The notes beneath the pieces were generated by a model. That model saw only the letters and a program-made list of their open reading frames with translations. It searched no databases and was not told the origin of the DNA. From NCBI RefSeq assembly GCF_009914755.1, contig NC_060941.1: 64,000 bases of DNA. One strand, written 5' to 3'. This document shows, one piece after another, positions 42,970-60,469 of the stretch (positions are counted from its first letter, which is position 1; every line of letters begins with the position of its first letter). This stretch comes from the human T2T-CHM13v2.0 reference genome, Homo sapiens. A program made the translations under genes and the position numbers.

Positions 42970-44239
42970 AACAACAGACATTTCTAATCTCACAGTTGAT
43001 GTGGGTCAGGAGCTCAGAAGCAGCTTAACTGGATGGCTCTGACTCAGCGTCTCTCATGAGGTGGTCGAGGTGGAGGCTGGGGCTGCAGTCATCCGAAGAT
43101 TTGACTGGTGCAGGAAGATCTGCTTCCAAGGTGACTCATATGTGTGGCTGTTGGCAGGAGGCTTCAGTCCTTGCCATGTGAGCCTCTCTTCACATCATAA
43201 CTGGCTTCTTCAAGAATGAATGATCCAAGAGAAAGAAAGAAAGAGAAGCTGCAGTGTCTTTTATAACCTAACCTTGGAAGTGACATACCATCATTCCTGC
43301 ATATTCTATTGGTTACACAGACCAACCCCAGTACAGCGTGGGAGCAGACTACACAGGTGCGTGAATACTAAGAGGTGAAGGTCACTGGGGATCATCCTGG
43401 AGGCCGGCTATCACAACCTACCTTTTTATCTGTTTATAGATACAGGTAGAAAGTTGTTCAACCTTATGAATTATATTATTAAAATAATTGGTCTATATTT
43501 TGTCCACTTGACTATCAAAGACTGAGAGTGGCTGTCACTGTTGTGCTGCAGAGGTAATGCTGTTTTGCATTTTGACCATTTCAAAATATCTTTTGAGACA
43601 AATTATATTTTATGTTATGTTTTCATTGTGGATTCTGCCCTTAATATAAAATAACTCCATTCATTTTAATATCTTCTGCTTTTGATTCTGTGATGCTTAA
43701 TAAGATTTTTATCTCTGTTTTCTGTTTTCTTGCATTTACCTAATAATTTTTGCTGGCGTTTTAATTTTTAAGCTCTAATATTTTAAAATTATAAATTGAT
43801 AATTTATAATTGTGTATATTATGGGGTAAAGATTTCTATACAAAATAATTCATGAATGCCATGTGGAATAATTAAATCATGTTAGTTAATATACCAGTCA
43901 CTTCAAATACTTAATATTTTTTGTGGTGAGCACATTTAAAATTTACTCTCTTAGCAATGTTGAAATGTAGAATATGCCATTATTAACTATATTCACCATG
44001 CTATTCAATAGATCTCAAAAAGCCCTCCCCCATATCCTTTCTGTCTAACTGAGATTTTGTACCCTTTAGCTATCATTGCCTCATTTGCGTATCTCTTTAA
44101 TACTGAATTTCTTTCGGGTGTGTCTCTTGTAAACAACATATGCTTCTATCTGATTTTTAATAAGAAAATTTAAATAACTCATTTTTATTGTTATAACAAG
44201 TATATATGTATATGTGGGGGGAAATATATATATATATTT

Positions 44240-46642
<2,403 letters not shown>

Positions 46643-46749
46643 TCAAAAGGGATTTAATGTAAGAAATTAGGTGCTTTCAGAGTTAATGGAAAGCTAAAAC
46701 AGAAGACATTAGGGTCCATCACTAGCTTCAGGGTCACGGCACTGTGGCT

Positions 46750-47370
46750 ATGAGAGGGAGTCCCTAAAATGACTGCTAGCCATGCAACAGGAGGCAGCCA
46801 CCTGCGTAGACAGGGATGGGTGCCTGGTGAAACCCACCTTCAAGCCAAAAACAGCCTGAAGGCTGAAAGACTGGACCGCTGGTGCCGGATGAAACCGAGA
46901 CGCAGAGTGTGAACTTCTGTTCCTGTTTGCCCGCCCTTCCCCGATTGATTCTTTCTGAATAATGCCTTTCAACCAATCAAATATTGCCTTTTTCAATACT
47001 ACCTACGGCCTGCCCTCCCAGCCTCTGAGCCCATAACAAGCCCTGGACTGAGCCATATTAGGGGAACTTTCCTGCTTTCGGGTAAGGGGACCACCTCCAT
47101 GTCCCCACCTTTGGGTAAGGGGACTACCCCCACATCCCCGCCTTCCGGTAAGGGGGCCACCCTCCGTCCCCTCTCTGCGGAAAGCTGTTTCATCACTCGC
47201 TAAAACTCCCTGCCTTGCTCACTCTGAGATTGTCAGAGCATCCTCATTCTTTTTGAGCGTGGGACAAGAACTCGGGAACTAGTGCACAAGCCAGACTCGG
47301 CCCAGGGTGGAGCATCGTCAGCCGGAGGTCCCTGGCTTCCAAAGTGACCGAGAAGAAAATCCTGACTAGC
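46750..47370 (+). mobile_element. ERV LTR (LTR18-like)
   Basis: CCAAT box, LTR-like U3/R organisation and 'taaaactccctgccttgctcactct' R-like segment; family call tentative. Confidence 0.6.
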
Positions 47371-47744
47371 ATCATCACTGCTTCCCACCTCCCGGTCCCA
47401 GGATCTGCAGTGGGCAGGCTGGAGATCAAGGAGAGCCGATGATGGAATTCCAGCCTGAATCCAAAGGCCTGAGAACCAGGACAGCCCACAGTGTTAAGTT
47501 TGAGTCTGAAAACTGGCAGTCTCAAGACACAGGAGAGCCAATGTCAGTTCAGGTCTGAAGGTGGGACGAAGCTGTTGTCCCCGTGAAGCTGGAGACTAGA
47601 CAGTGAGAGGGGATCAGGAGCTAGATATGCTGTGGCTCGCTCAGGAACCACCCCCGCTGCAGGAAAGAGTTAGGACTGCTGTGTCCCTGCACCTTCTAAA
47701 TACTGCATTCAGTGTATCTATGGGTAGACCCTAAATTACAGCTG

Positions 47745-49076
<1,332 letters not shown>

Positions 49077-49131
49077 GCTGGTATCCTGTAAAATCAAGGT
49101 GGTCTGGGAAATGTAGCATTTAGCCTTCTAG

Positions 49132-49594
<463 letters not shown>

Positions 49595-49646
49595 TGAATT
49601 TATGTCCCCAGCCCAGATGAAGCAGGGGAAATCGCTGGTGAATATT

Positions 49647-50496
49647 CGCATTAGTCAGGGTTCTCCCCTCTGTCTATATCTCTGCCTCTCCTGTTGGTCC
49701 TGTTTATATAAAGAGATCTATTATTAGGAATCGGCTCACGTGATCATGGAGATTGGAAAGTCCCGTGATCTGCAGTGGGCAAGCTGGAGACCAGGAAGAG
49801 CTGATGGTGGAGTTCCAGTCTGAATCCAAAGGCCTGAGAACCAGGACAGCCCATGGTATACGTTCTAGTCTGAAAGCTGGCAGTCTCGGGACACAGGAGA
49901 GCCAATGTCAGGTCAAGTCTGAAGGCAGGACAAAGCTGTTGTTCCAGCTTGAAGACCATCAGGGAAGAGAAATTCATTCTTGCTTGGAGGAGGGTCAGCC
50001 TTTTGTTCTGTGCAGGCCTTCAACTGATGATGAGGACCCCCTCCACACTAGGGAGGACAAACTGCTTTATTCTGTCCACTGATTTAAATGTTAATCTCAG
50101 CCTGGCTCGGTGGCTCATGCCAGTAATCCCAGCACTTTGGGAGGCCTAGGTGGGAAGATCACCTGAGGTCAGGAGTTCCAAACCAGCCTCGCCAACATGG
50201 TGAAACCGTGTCTCTACTAAAAACACACAGAAAAATTAGCTGGGTGTGGTGCCACACACCTCTAATCCCAGCTACCCAGGAGGCTGAGGCAGGAGGATCA
50301 CCTGAGCCCAGGAGGTCGAGACTGCAGTGAACCATGATCACACCATTGCACTCCAGCCTGGGTGACAGAGCAAGACTCTGTCATAAATAAATGTTAATCT
50401 CACCCAAAACACCCTCACAGAAACACTCTAATGTTTGACCAAATTTCTGGGCACCCCGTGGCCCAATCCGGTTGACACATAAAATTAACGATCACA
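49647..50496 (-). mobile_element. MLT2 (ERVL) LTR split by a sense Alu (~50100-50390)
   Basis: 'ttagtcagggttctcc' start and 'gacacataaaattaacgatcaca' end. Confidence 0.75.
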
Positions 50497-51182
50497 GCAT
50501 TTGTGAAATGTCTGACATTTTATGACTGGTGCTTTTGAGATGTTCTATATCTGGCAGACAGAATCCCTAATAAACAACACCTTACAGCTAAAGAGCATGT
50601 TTGACTCTGGCGTTCTGACTGATGTTCACATCAAGGAGAGAAAAGAACGCGAACACTTCTCGAAGAGGAGGGGGCATGATGGGAGCCTCCTTCCTCTGCT
50701 CCTCCCTCTCACTCCCCTCCCCCAGCCTGGTGACTCTGGCTTCTACCTGCAGCCCCATACCTGTCTCACTGACTGATGGTTGTGGCTTTAGAGCCAAAGT
50801 TCCTGAGCCTCTGAGCCTATCCAGCCACATCAAAAGCCACTCCTGCTGCTGGCTTCCAGCTCTAGTTAGTTGCTCACACTCCTTCCCAAACCTCATGTCT
50901 TGTGGACTTTTTGCTCCCTGGCCTTCCAGGATCGGTCCTGCCTTCACATGGACCTGATTCTCTGCTGCCTGGACCCACACCTCATGCGTTTAGGGATCTC
51001 CAGATGACCCATAGCTCATGTCACTGTACCTGCCAATCATCTTCTCATTTGAACCAGACCCTGCCTGGTGGCACCCAGGAATCTACCCCCTACCCTGGGG
51101 ACAGGTCTCCAGTCCGGGTGAGAAAGGTGCTATGTATCTAGGGCTCATCCCGCTTCACGCTGAAGGTGAGGGGGGGTGGCAG

Positions 51183-52592
51183 TGTGTCCGGAATTGGTGG
51201 GTTCTTGGTCTCACTAACTTAAAGAATGAAGCCACCGACCCTCGCAGTGAGTGTTACAATTCTTAAAGGTGGTGTGTCTGGAGTTTGTTCCTTCTGATGT
51301 TTGGACGTGTTTGGAGTTTCCTCCTTCTGGTGGGTTCATGGTCTCTCTGGCGTCAGGAGTGAAGGTGCAGACCTTCACCGTGTGTTACAGCTCTTAAGGC
51401 GGCGCCTCTGGAGTTGATCGTTCCTCCCGTCAGGAGTTATTCGTTCCATTCCTCCTGGTGGGTTCATGGTCTCGGTGGCATCAGTAGACCTTCACAGTGT
51501 TACAGCTCATAAAGGCAATGCAGACCCAAAGAATGAACATTTATTGTAAAGAGCAAAACAACAAAGCTTTCACAGCTCAGAAGAGAACCCCAACAAGTTG
51601 CCCCTGCTGATTCGGACAGCCTGCTTTTATTCCCTTATCTGGCCCCACCCACATCCTGCTGATTGGTCCATTTTACAGCAAGCTGATTGGTCCGTTTTAC
51701 AGAGAACTGATTGGTCTGTTTTGACAGGGTGCTGACTGGCACGTTTACAAACCTTTAGCTAGACACAAAAGTTCTCCAAGTCCCCACTAGATTAGCTACA
51801 CACAGAGCACTGACTGGTGCATTTACAAACCTTGAGCTAGACACAGGGTGCTGATTGGTGTGTTTACAAACCTTGGGCTAGACACAGAATGCTGATTGGT
51901 GTATTTACAATCCTATAGCTAGACATAAAAGTTCTCCAAGTCCCCACCCGCCTCAGGAGCCTAGCTGACTTCACCTAGTGGATTCTGCGCCAGGGCCGCG
52001 TCAGGCGCCTGCACTCCTCAACCCTTGGGCGGTCATGGGACTGAGTGCTGCCCAGCAGGGGGCAGCCCCCGTCGAGGAAGCTCGGGCCAAGCGGAAGCCC
52101 ACCAGGAGGGGGTGGGCGGGGGGGGCTCGGGCAGGGCAGGCTGCAGGTCCCAAGCCCTGCCTCATGGGGAGGCAGCTGAGGCCCGGCGAGAATTCCAGCA
52201 TGGCTCGGGCGGGCCGGCAGTGCTGGGGGACCTGGCGCCCCCGACCCCCCCAGCTGCTGGCCCGGGTGCTAAGACCCTCACTGCCTGGAGCCGCTGGCGA
52301 TAGCCAGCCGATCAGAGTGTGGGGCCCGCCAAGAAATCGCGCTGGCCCGGGGAGCGCCCTGGGCAGCCCCGGTTCCCGCCCGCGCCTCTCCCTCCACAAC
52401 TCTCCCTCAACACCTCCCTCTCCACTCCTCCCCGCAAGCAGAGGGAGCCGGCTCCACCCTCGGCCAGCCCAGAGAGGGGCTCCCACAGTGCAGTGGCGGG
52501 CTGAAGGGCTCCTCAAGGGCAGCCAGAGTGGGTGCTGAGGCCAAGGAGACACCGAGAGTGAGCGAGGGCTGCCAGCACACTGTCACCTCTCA
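51183..52592 (-). mobile_element. LTR12 (ERV9) solo LTR, full length
   Basis: Ends TGTGTCCGGAATTGG.../...GTCACCTCTCA; 4-bp TSD GCAG (51179-51182, 52593-52596); tandem CTGATTGG (CCAAT) enhancer repeats 51660-51900. Confidence 0.95.
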
Positions 52593-54499
52593 GCAGCATA
52601 CAAGGGCCACCTGGGAAGTGGCCACTGAATCTGGGCTCAGGCTATAGGCCCCCTCTCTTGATCTTCAAGTTCAGTCTCCCATTTTTCCTTGTCATTTTTG
52701 TTTTGCCAGCTTTCAGTGGCAGCAGCCCCTCCCCCTGGGGCTCAGAGCTGGAGAGGGAGTTTTAAGTGGTTTCTGCAAAATATTTTGGAGGAGAATGATC
52801 TGCCTTTAGTAGTCAAGGACTCTTCTTGCAACACTCAGGCTCTGTTTTATGGACAGAAAGAGTCCAGGAGGCTCTCTGAGCCACACAAGGCCCTTTGCAA
52901 CCTTCCTGGGCTCGGGCTGCGAGCAGCCATTTTGGAACATGTGAAACGGATTTTAAATTCCCTCTTTGCAGTTTGAGAAGATGGCGGCCTGAACCGGAGT
53001 CCTTCTTCCCCTCCTCCCTCTCCGCTGCTGCAATGCCCAGGCCCCCCGCAACGTTCCTCGTCTGTAATGGTGCCAGAGGCTTTAAATCTTGCAGAAGCCA
53101 CATCTGCTGCCTGCAGGTAAACCTCCCTGGCTGAGCCCACTGCGCACGCCTCCACGTTCTGGAGCCAGAAACAATGAGAAGCACAATTCCGGCAGCATCT
53201 CTCCTCCCGGTCATTTGCATAGCACAACCTCTCCCTCCACCCCCTCCTGTCTCCCACGTGGATCTTCATGTAATTAATTAATATCGCGTTCATCAGAGCT
53301 TAATTCATGTTCTTGTAATATACAAGGATTAAAAAAAAATCCTACCAAGAGAGCAGTAATAGGCTCCGGCTTTTCTGGTCTGGGAGCAAATATAATGAGC
53401 CTCCATGAAAATATTGAATCGCTTCCCGCAGTCTCCACACCTCAGAGCACTGGCATGTTTACTGTGGTAAGCCACCCCTGTGTTTAGAAACATCACGGCC
53501 TGCTTTCCTACAGGGGTAGCCATGTTGGGGGCCTCTCTGGAGCCTCTCCTAGGAGTGCATTCAGCAGGGCAGAGGCTCGGAGCTCTTCCCGGGGGTACAT
53601 TCAGCAGTGGCAGAAGCTCAGCAGATGATGGGGTTCTGTGTGGGTGAGAGCTGAGGGTTGGGTTTCCTGCACAATGCCAAGAGTGCCAAGAGTGGCATTG
53701 CAAGTTACTCCTTCCCTCCCAGAGCCCATTTATTTTTAAGCCACCCTCTCCCCTCCACTACAGTGTGATGGCTTCTCCATGCTAATCGCCCTATAGAACA
53801 AGGAGAAAAGGAAAGGTGGGCCCTTCACGGTATATATTTTGCTCTTTGATTGGAACGAAATGAACTCAGTGTAACGTCCAGGCTGTTGTGGGGGCTGGGT
53901 TGTTTCTGGACAGAAAGTCCCATCTGTGTCCAGGGGGCCGCGTCTGAGTTCGGGGCTTCCACACTGGCACGCTGTTTTGCTCGGAGCTGGGACATAACAC
54001 GTGGGCTGTGTGAGCGCTCTTGGGGGCTGGAAACCCAAGGGGCCGATCAAGGGTTCTTGATTCAACCAAACCTCCCCCTTGCCATCCTCCATGCAGAACG
54101 CGTCCCTGGGGCCTTCACCCTGTCGTGAACAAAGCACGACTATTTTGTAAAGGGAAGATCAAAGAGCCAGAAGTCGCGGATGAGTGTGTGGCAGGTGGGG
54201 ACTCAGAGTGACAGTGGCCATGCGGTGTGTCCCGTGGTCGCCCCAGAGGCGGATGGGCCAGGCCGCTGCACATACCCTGGGAGGAGGCAGGTGGGGAGGG
54301 AACCCGAGGACCCTGCCTATGTTCACCCCTCTGTTCCTCTCTGGGACCCACTATGGCTGGAGGGGACTTTTTCCTTCTCCCCCCACCCCTCCCCTCCTCA
54401 CCTTCCCTCCCCCTGCTTTTTAATTTCTTCCCTTTTGCAAGGCTTTTTGTCCAGCTGGGGCTGGGAAGAAGATGCCCCCGACCCCCTCTCGTGGTCGCC

Positions 54500-55450
54500 A
54501 GGGTAGGGGTGGGAGGAATCTGGAAGCCACGTGCGATGCTCGGAGCTGCGTCCTCTGTCCTGGGGCGTGGGTCCGCGAGCGCCGCGCAGCCTCCCGGACC
54601 GCCCTGAGCTGCTGCGCCCGGCGCTGCTCCTCCTTCCCCAGCTCCGCGCCTTCCCCTCGCGATCCCCCTCCTGCCTCTTCGGTCCTGGAAGCGTCCCAAG
54701 ATGGGGTGGGGGCATGGAGGGAGAGAGGGGAGGAGGGAGCTGCCCGGGGGCAGTGCCGCCAGGAAGTGGGACGGGGACTCTGGCGCCCCTCCAGGCTGCT
54801 GCGCGCGGGCTGGGGACCGTGCACCGCTTTGCGCGCCAGACGATGCATCTTCTGGAACGGCAGCTGAGGCAATGCGGGGTGTGAAGTGGCGGCGGGCAGA
54901 GGGGCTCGCAGGGGCTGGGATCCGCGTGCCCCTCTCTGCCTCGGTGCGGAGCACGATGTGCCCGGGCGGGGGCGAGGACGTCCGGGAGGGGCTGGGCTGC
55001 GCACGCTCGCGGGGCCGTCGCAGATGGGCGGTTTGGAGGCGCTGCAGTCCCTGGGAAATGGGAGCCTCCGTCCTGTTCTCTCTGCTGCTTGGCTGGGCTG
55101 GGCTGGGCAGGGCAGGAAAGCCAGGGTCCCCACCCCTCCTGGAGCAGAGCACTCCGCGCTGGCTGTTCCGGGGGCCCGGGAGGGCAGAGCTGTCAGAAGG
55201 TCTGTCTGGCATCATTAGGGGAGCTGTCTGTCTCTCTATCCCTGGCTGGCGTGGCCCGGCAGGAGGCGAGGCTGATATTTTCAGGAGACCTGGTGATTTG
55301 ACCTGACACCTGTCAGTCAGGTAAGCGCTGGCCTCCTGCCTGCATCCCCCTGGGGAAGAGCCGGTTCTGCTCCCTGACCGGGAACGGGTCCCTCAGTGCT
55401 GAGGATGGCAGTTAATGAGCCCGCCGAGGGGCTGCCCACCGGGTGCACAG
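54500..55450. promoter_or_regulatory. CpG island / candidate promoter
   Basis: Dense CpG, GC boxes (GGGCGGGG ~54964), non-repeat sequence; consensus donor CAG|GTAAGC at 55320/55321. Confidence 0.75.
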
Positions 55451-55803
55451 GCAGGAGCAGTGGGCATATCCCCTGCTTGCCAGGCCCTGCAGAGGGGCTG
55501 CCTTCTCCCCCAATGCCTTCTGCCCCCTCCTAGTGTCTCCAACATTGACCCTGGAAATCACTTTCTTGCTTCTCTTATCAGGATAGTCCTACATGTCTGG
55601 AACTTTCTGGGATGTTCTCTGTGCCTTGGAAGTGTTTATTTATTACTTTAAAATCACCTCTAGGGTATTTATCCTTAAAGATAAAGCCAGTACCTAGAAC
55701 CAGGTGTCCTTCCCGCAGGGCTTTAGGCCCTACCTGACTTGGGTTCTCAGTCAACCCTTTCCTTCCCTGTGTAACGTGGGTTTTGGCTTTTGCGGAAGTA
55801 ATC

Positions 55804-56811
<1,008 letters not shown>

Positions 56812-57531
56812 GGGTCTGTTGAACCAAATGAATCCAAAATGTATGCCCAAAGATAGCCGCCAGGTCTATGAAAACACCTGCTCTGATACGAGGGGACGTG
56901 GACCACAGAGGTGAGTGCTGGAATTCAAGTTGGTCTCCTTAGTCATTCTCCTGCCCCACGCCCCCTGCCCCTGTAACAGTTACATTGTCTTAAATCGTAC
57001 TCGTTTAAAAAGGTATTTACACAACAGATCAACATTTAAGTACATGTTTAAAAGCAATTATGAATGTGCTCACCTGTCAGGGCGGGATGGTTTTGCTCAT
57101 GTGTTTCCAGTTGGTTGGGTAAATAATCAGCTCGGGTGTTGTTTTGTTTTACGCCTACCCCCTACTGTAATTGTGTGTTTACTTTTATGATAACGTCACA
57201 TCACTCTCATATTTAACTACTAGCAGGGATTAAGTTATTCCAATAAAAGACAGAGAAATAAATTTCAGACCCTGTTTCCTGCCTATCCCCACCCCCATCG
57301 TTCAAAAATTGGACAATTTTCCAAGATGATCGGAAGCAGTTTTGAGCATTTGGAAGCCATGGATGCCCTGGCCCGTGGCAGTGTTTTTCAACAGTAACCC
57401 ACTTGCCGATAAGGTCTCCCTGTGTGGGGTCAAAGGATGTGGCCCCTGCCATCCTTGTGGTCACTAGGGAGGGTACAGGCCTGTGTGCCACACCCCAGCC
57501 TAACTCCTCCTGGGGCCTGGGCAGTTTTGAT

Positions 57532-58380
57532 CACTAAGTCCTGACTCTGCCACGGAAGAGGCATCTTCTGGGCGGACACTGATGTTCAGTGGCCTCCAGG
57601 GGACTTGGCGGGTCCCCTTGACACACTGGAGGCTCCCTGGCTAGATTCCCCTCCCAGACACCCTCATTCCTGTATCTCCAGGACTGGAGAGGCCTGCTGG
57701 CCATCCAGGAGGATGTTTCTGTTGTCGGGCAGATGGTCAGCCCCATGCAGAGGATGGGAAAGCTTCACCTGCCACAGTTGGTAGGTATCTCAACAAGGAG
57801 CCCGTTTAGTAACTCACCGTGTTCGTGCCAAGATGGCCATGTCGGGCAGCACAGATCCACTGTGGCCAGCAAGCTTACAGACACTGTGTGTTGTCAGAGC
57901 AGAGACAGTGTGGAGTTAACATCGTCTTCATCACCACAAACTGCCCTTGCAGGAGCTTGGAGGGGACCCAGGTGCTGGTAGTGACCTTGGCACATTCACA
58001 GGGTGACGGCAGAGACAATGGTGGTGACGATAGTTGGGATAGTAACTCAGACTCACAGCTGCGTCCATGTCTTGCAAAATCACGTGGTCTCAGTTGGTCC
58101 TCACAGTCCTGGAAATTGTCATATTCTTGAGCTGTGGGGTGGAGGTGGGCAGGAGGCAAGGTCTAAAATTCACTTCTCTCTGCCCGACAACAGAAACATC
58201 CTCCTGGATGGCCAGTAGGCCTCTCCAGTCCTGGAGATACAGGAATGAGGGTGTCTGGGAGGGGACTTTAGCTAGGGAGACTCCAGTGTGTCAAGGGGAC
58301 CTGCCAAGTCCCCTGGAGGCCACTGAGCATCAGTGTCCGCCCAGAAGATGTCTCTTCCATGGCACAGTCAGGACTTAGTG
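57532..58380. repeat. Inverted repeat: 202-bp arms (57532-57733, 58179-58380), 445-bp spacer
   Basis: Manual ungapped alignment gives 192/202 identical; the same peptide appears in ORFs on opposite strands. Confidence 0.97.
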
Positions 58381-58961
58381 GGTCCTGAATGGGTCCTCTC
58401 TTCCTTTGCTCACAGAAGGTTTTGTGATGATGCCAACAACCAGGGCTGCCCTTGCCTTCCTTCAAATTGCCAGAGCAGTCAGGAATCTTCTGCCCTTAGA
58501 GTATATCGCGGGGTCCTCCCTCCACATCCTTGCTGATAGAGCTCTGGAGAGGGCCTTTGGGGAGCGTGTGACTATCCCCGGCATAGTCGCCCCCCATCAA
58601 CACTTATTGTAGGGAAGGAAAGAAGCCAAACGTCTTACTGTCCCATTTTACAGATGAGGAGATGGGCACAGAGAAGTTCAGCAACGTGGCTCAGGTCGAA
58701 TGCTTGTGATTTTTATTTTTGTTGTTTTTTTGCTTGTGATTTTTATGTCTTACACATTGCCTGGTGCCCTTCTGAAAAAATTCCACGTTGGAAACTTTGG
58801 GACATGAAGCCATTTACCAGTCAGGTCATATGTCTAGGGAGACACTATTGCTATAGGTGTCAAGAAGTTTTGCTCCAGAAAAATGTCCAGACCAATTCTG
58901 CTTCCCAAGTAGGCCAGGATATCCACAGGACACCTTGAAACAGTGACTCCCTCCTGCATTT

Positions 58962-59260
<299 letters not shown>

Positions 59261-59524
59261 CGCCTGCATTTTAAATGGCTGCAGCCACACACAACATGCT
59301 TTCCTCCTTTGCAAGCTCAGCTGGGGGGGTGGGTAAGGGAGGGGCTCAGGGGCGGTGCTGTTGGTTCTTTTTACCTGGGTTTTCTCACGCAGAGTAATTG
59401 TGAGAAGAACAGGGTTTCCTCTCCTGAACTCGGAGGAAACGGAAAAAAATTTCCTACTAGCAAAAGCAGGCAGAAAAGAAATTTTAGAAGTAAAAGAAGT
59501 TTTACTTCTTAATTAGACTTTTCA

Positions 59525-59953
59525 ATTTATTTATTTATTTTTATTTATGTTGTGAGATGGAGTCACACTCTGTTGCCCAGGCTGGAGTGCAGTGGCACGA
59601 TCTTGGCTCACTGAAACTTTCGCCTCCCAGGTTCAAGCAATTCTCCTGCCTCAGCCTCCTGAGTAGCTAGGATTACAGGTGCCTGCCACCATGCCCGGCT
59701 AATGTTTGTATTTTTAGTAGAGACGAGGGTTTCACCATGTTGGCCAGGCTGGTCTCAAACTCTTGACCTCAGGTGGTCCACCTGCCTCGGCCTCCCAAAG
59801 TGCTGGTATTACCCAGGAGGCTGAGGCAGAAGAATCGCTTGAACCTGGGAGGCGGAGGTTGTGGTGAGTGGAGTGGAGATTGCGCCACTGCACTCCAGGC
59901 ACTCCAGCCTGGGCAACAAGAGTGAGACTCCATCTCAAAAAAAAAAAAAAAAA
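59525..59953. mobile_element. Antisense AluS fused directly to a sense Alu right arm
   Basis: Junction '...gtgctggtattac|ccaggaggctgaggcag...' at ~59812. Confidence 0.85.
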
Positions 59954-60123
59954 AGACATGAAGCCAGACAATGGGCCCAAAATGCCAGGGATGATCTGAG
60001 GTCCTCAAAAAGGGTCCAGGAAATGCTATATATAAAGAGTCAGAGTTGTGTACCAAGAAACATACCCATCCACTGTGTGTATACCCTGCACTTCCTGGCC
60101 CTCCATGCTTGGGCATGGACGTG

Positions 60124-60469
60124 TGATATGGTTTGGCTGTGTCCCCACCCAAATCTCATCTTGAATTCCCATGTGTTGTGGGAGGGACCCGGTGGGAGGT
60201 AATTGAATCATGGGGGTGGGATTTTCCCATGCTGTTTTCATGATAGTGAATAAGTATCGTGAGATCTGATGGTTTTATAAGGGGGAGTTTCCCTGCACAA
60301 CCTCTCTCTTTGCCTGAGCCATCCATGTAAGACATGACTTGCTCCTCCTTGCCATCCACCATGACTGTGAGGCCTCCCCAGCCATGTGGAAGTATAAGTC
60401 CATCAAACCTCTTTTTCTTCCCAGTCTCCGGTATGTCATTATCAGCAGTGTGAAAATGGACTCACTCCC
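60124..60469 (+). mobile_element. THE1 solo LTR
   Basis: 'tgatatggtttggctgtgtccccacccaaatctcatcttgaa' THE1 5' end. Confidence 0.92.

Noticed and set aside
54115-55215. 366-aa minus-strand ORF and overlapping ORFs
   Set aside because: Stop-poor CpG-island sequence, Pro/Arg/Gly/Ala-rich with no recognisable domain; several frames open at once
57532-58380. CACTA...TAGTG termini suggesting an EnSpm/CACTA transposon
   Set aside because: Flanks (GAT/GGT) are not a clean TSD, no transposase or subterminal repeats, and I know of no young CACTA elements in primates; likely coincidence
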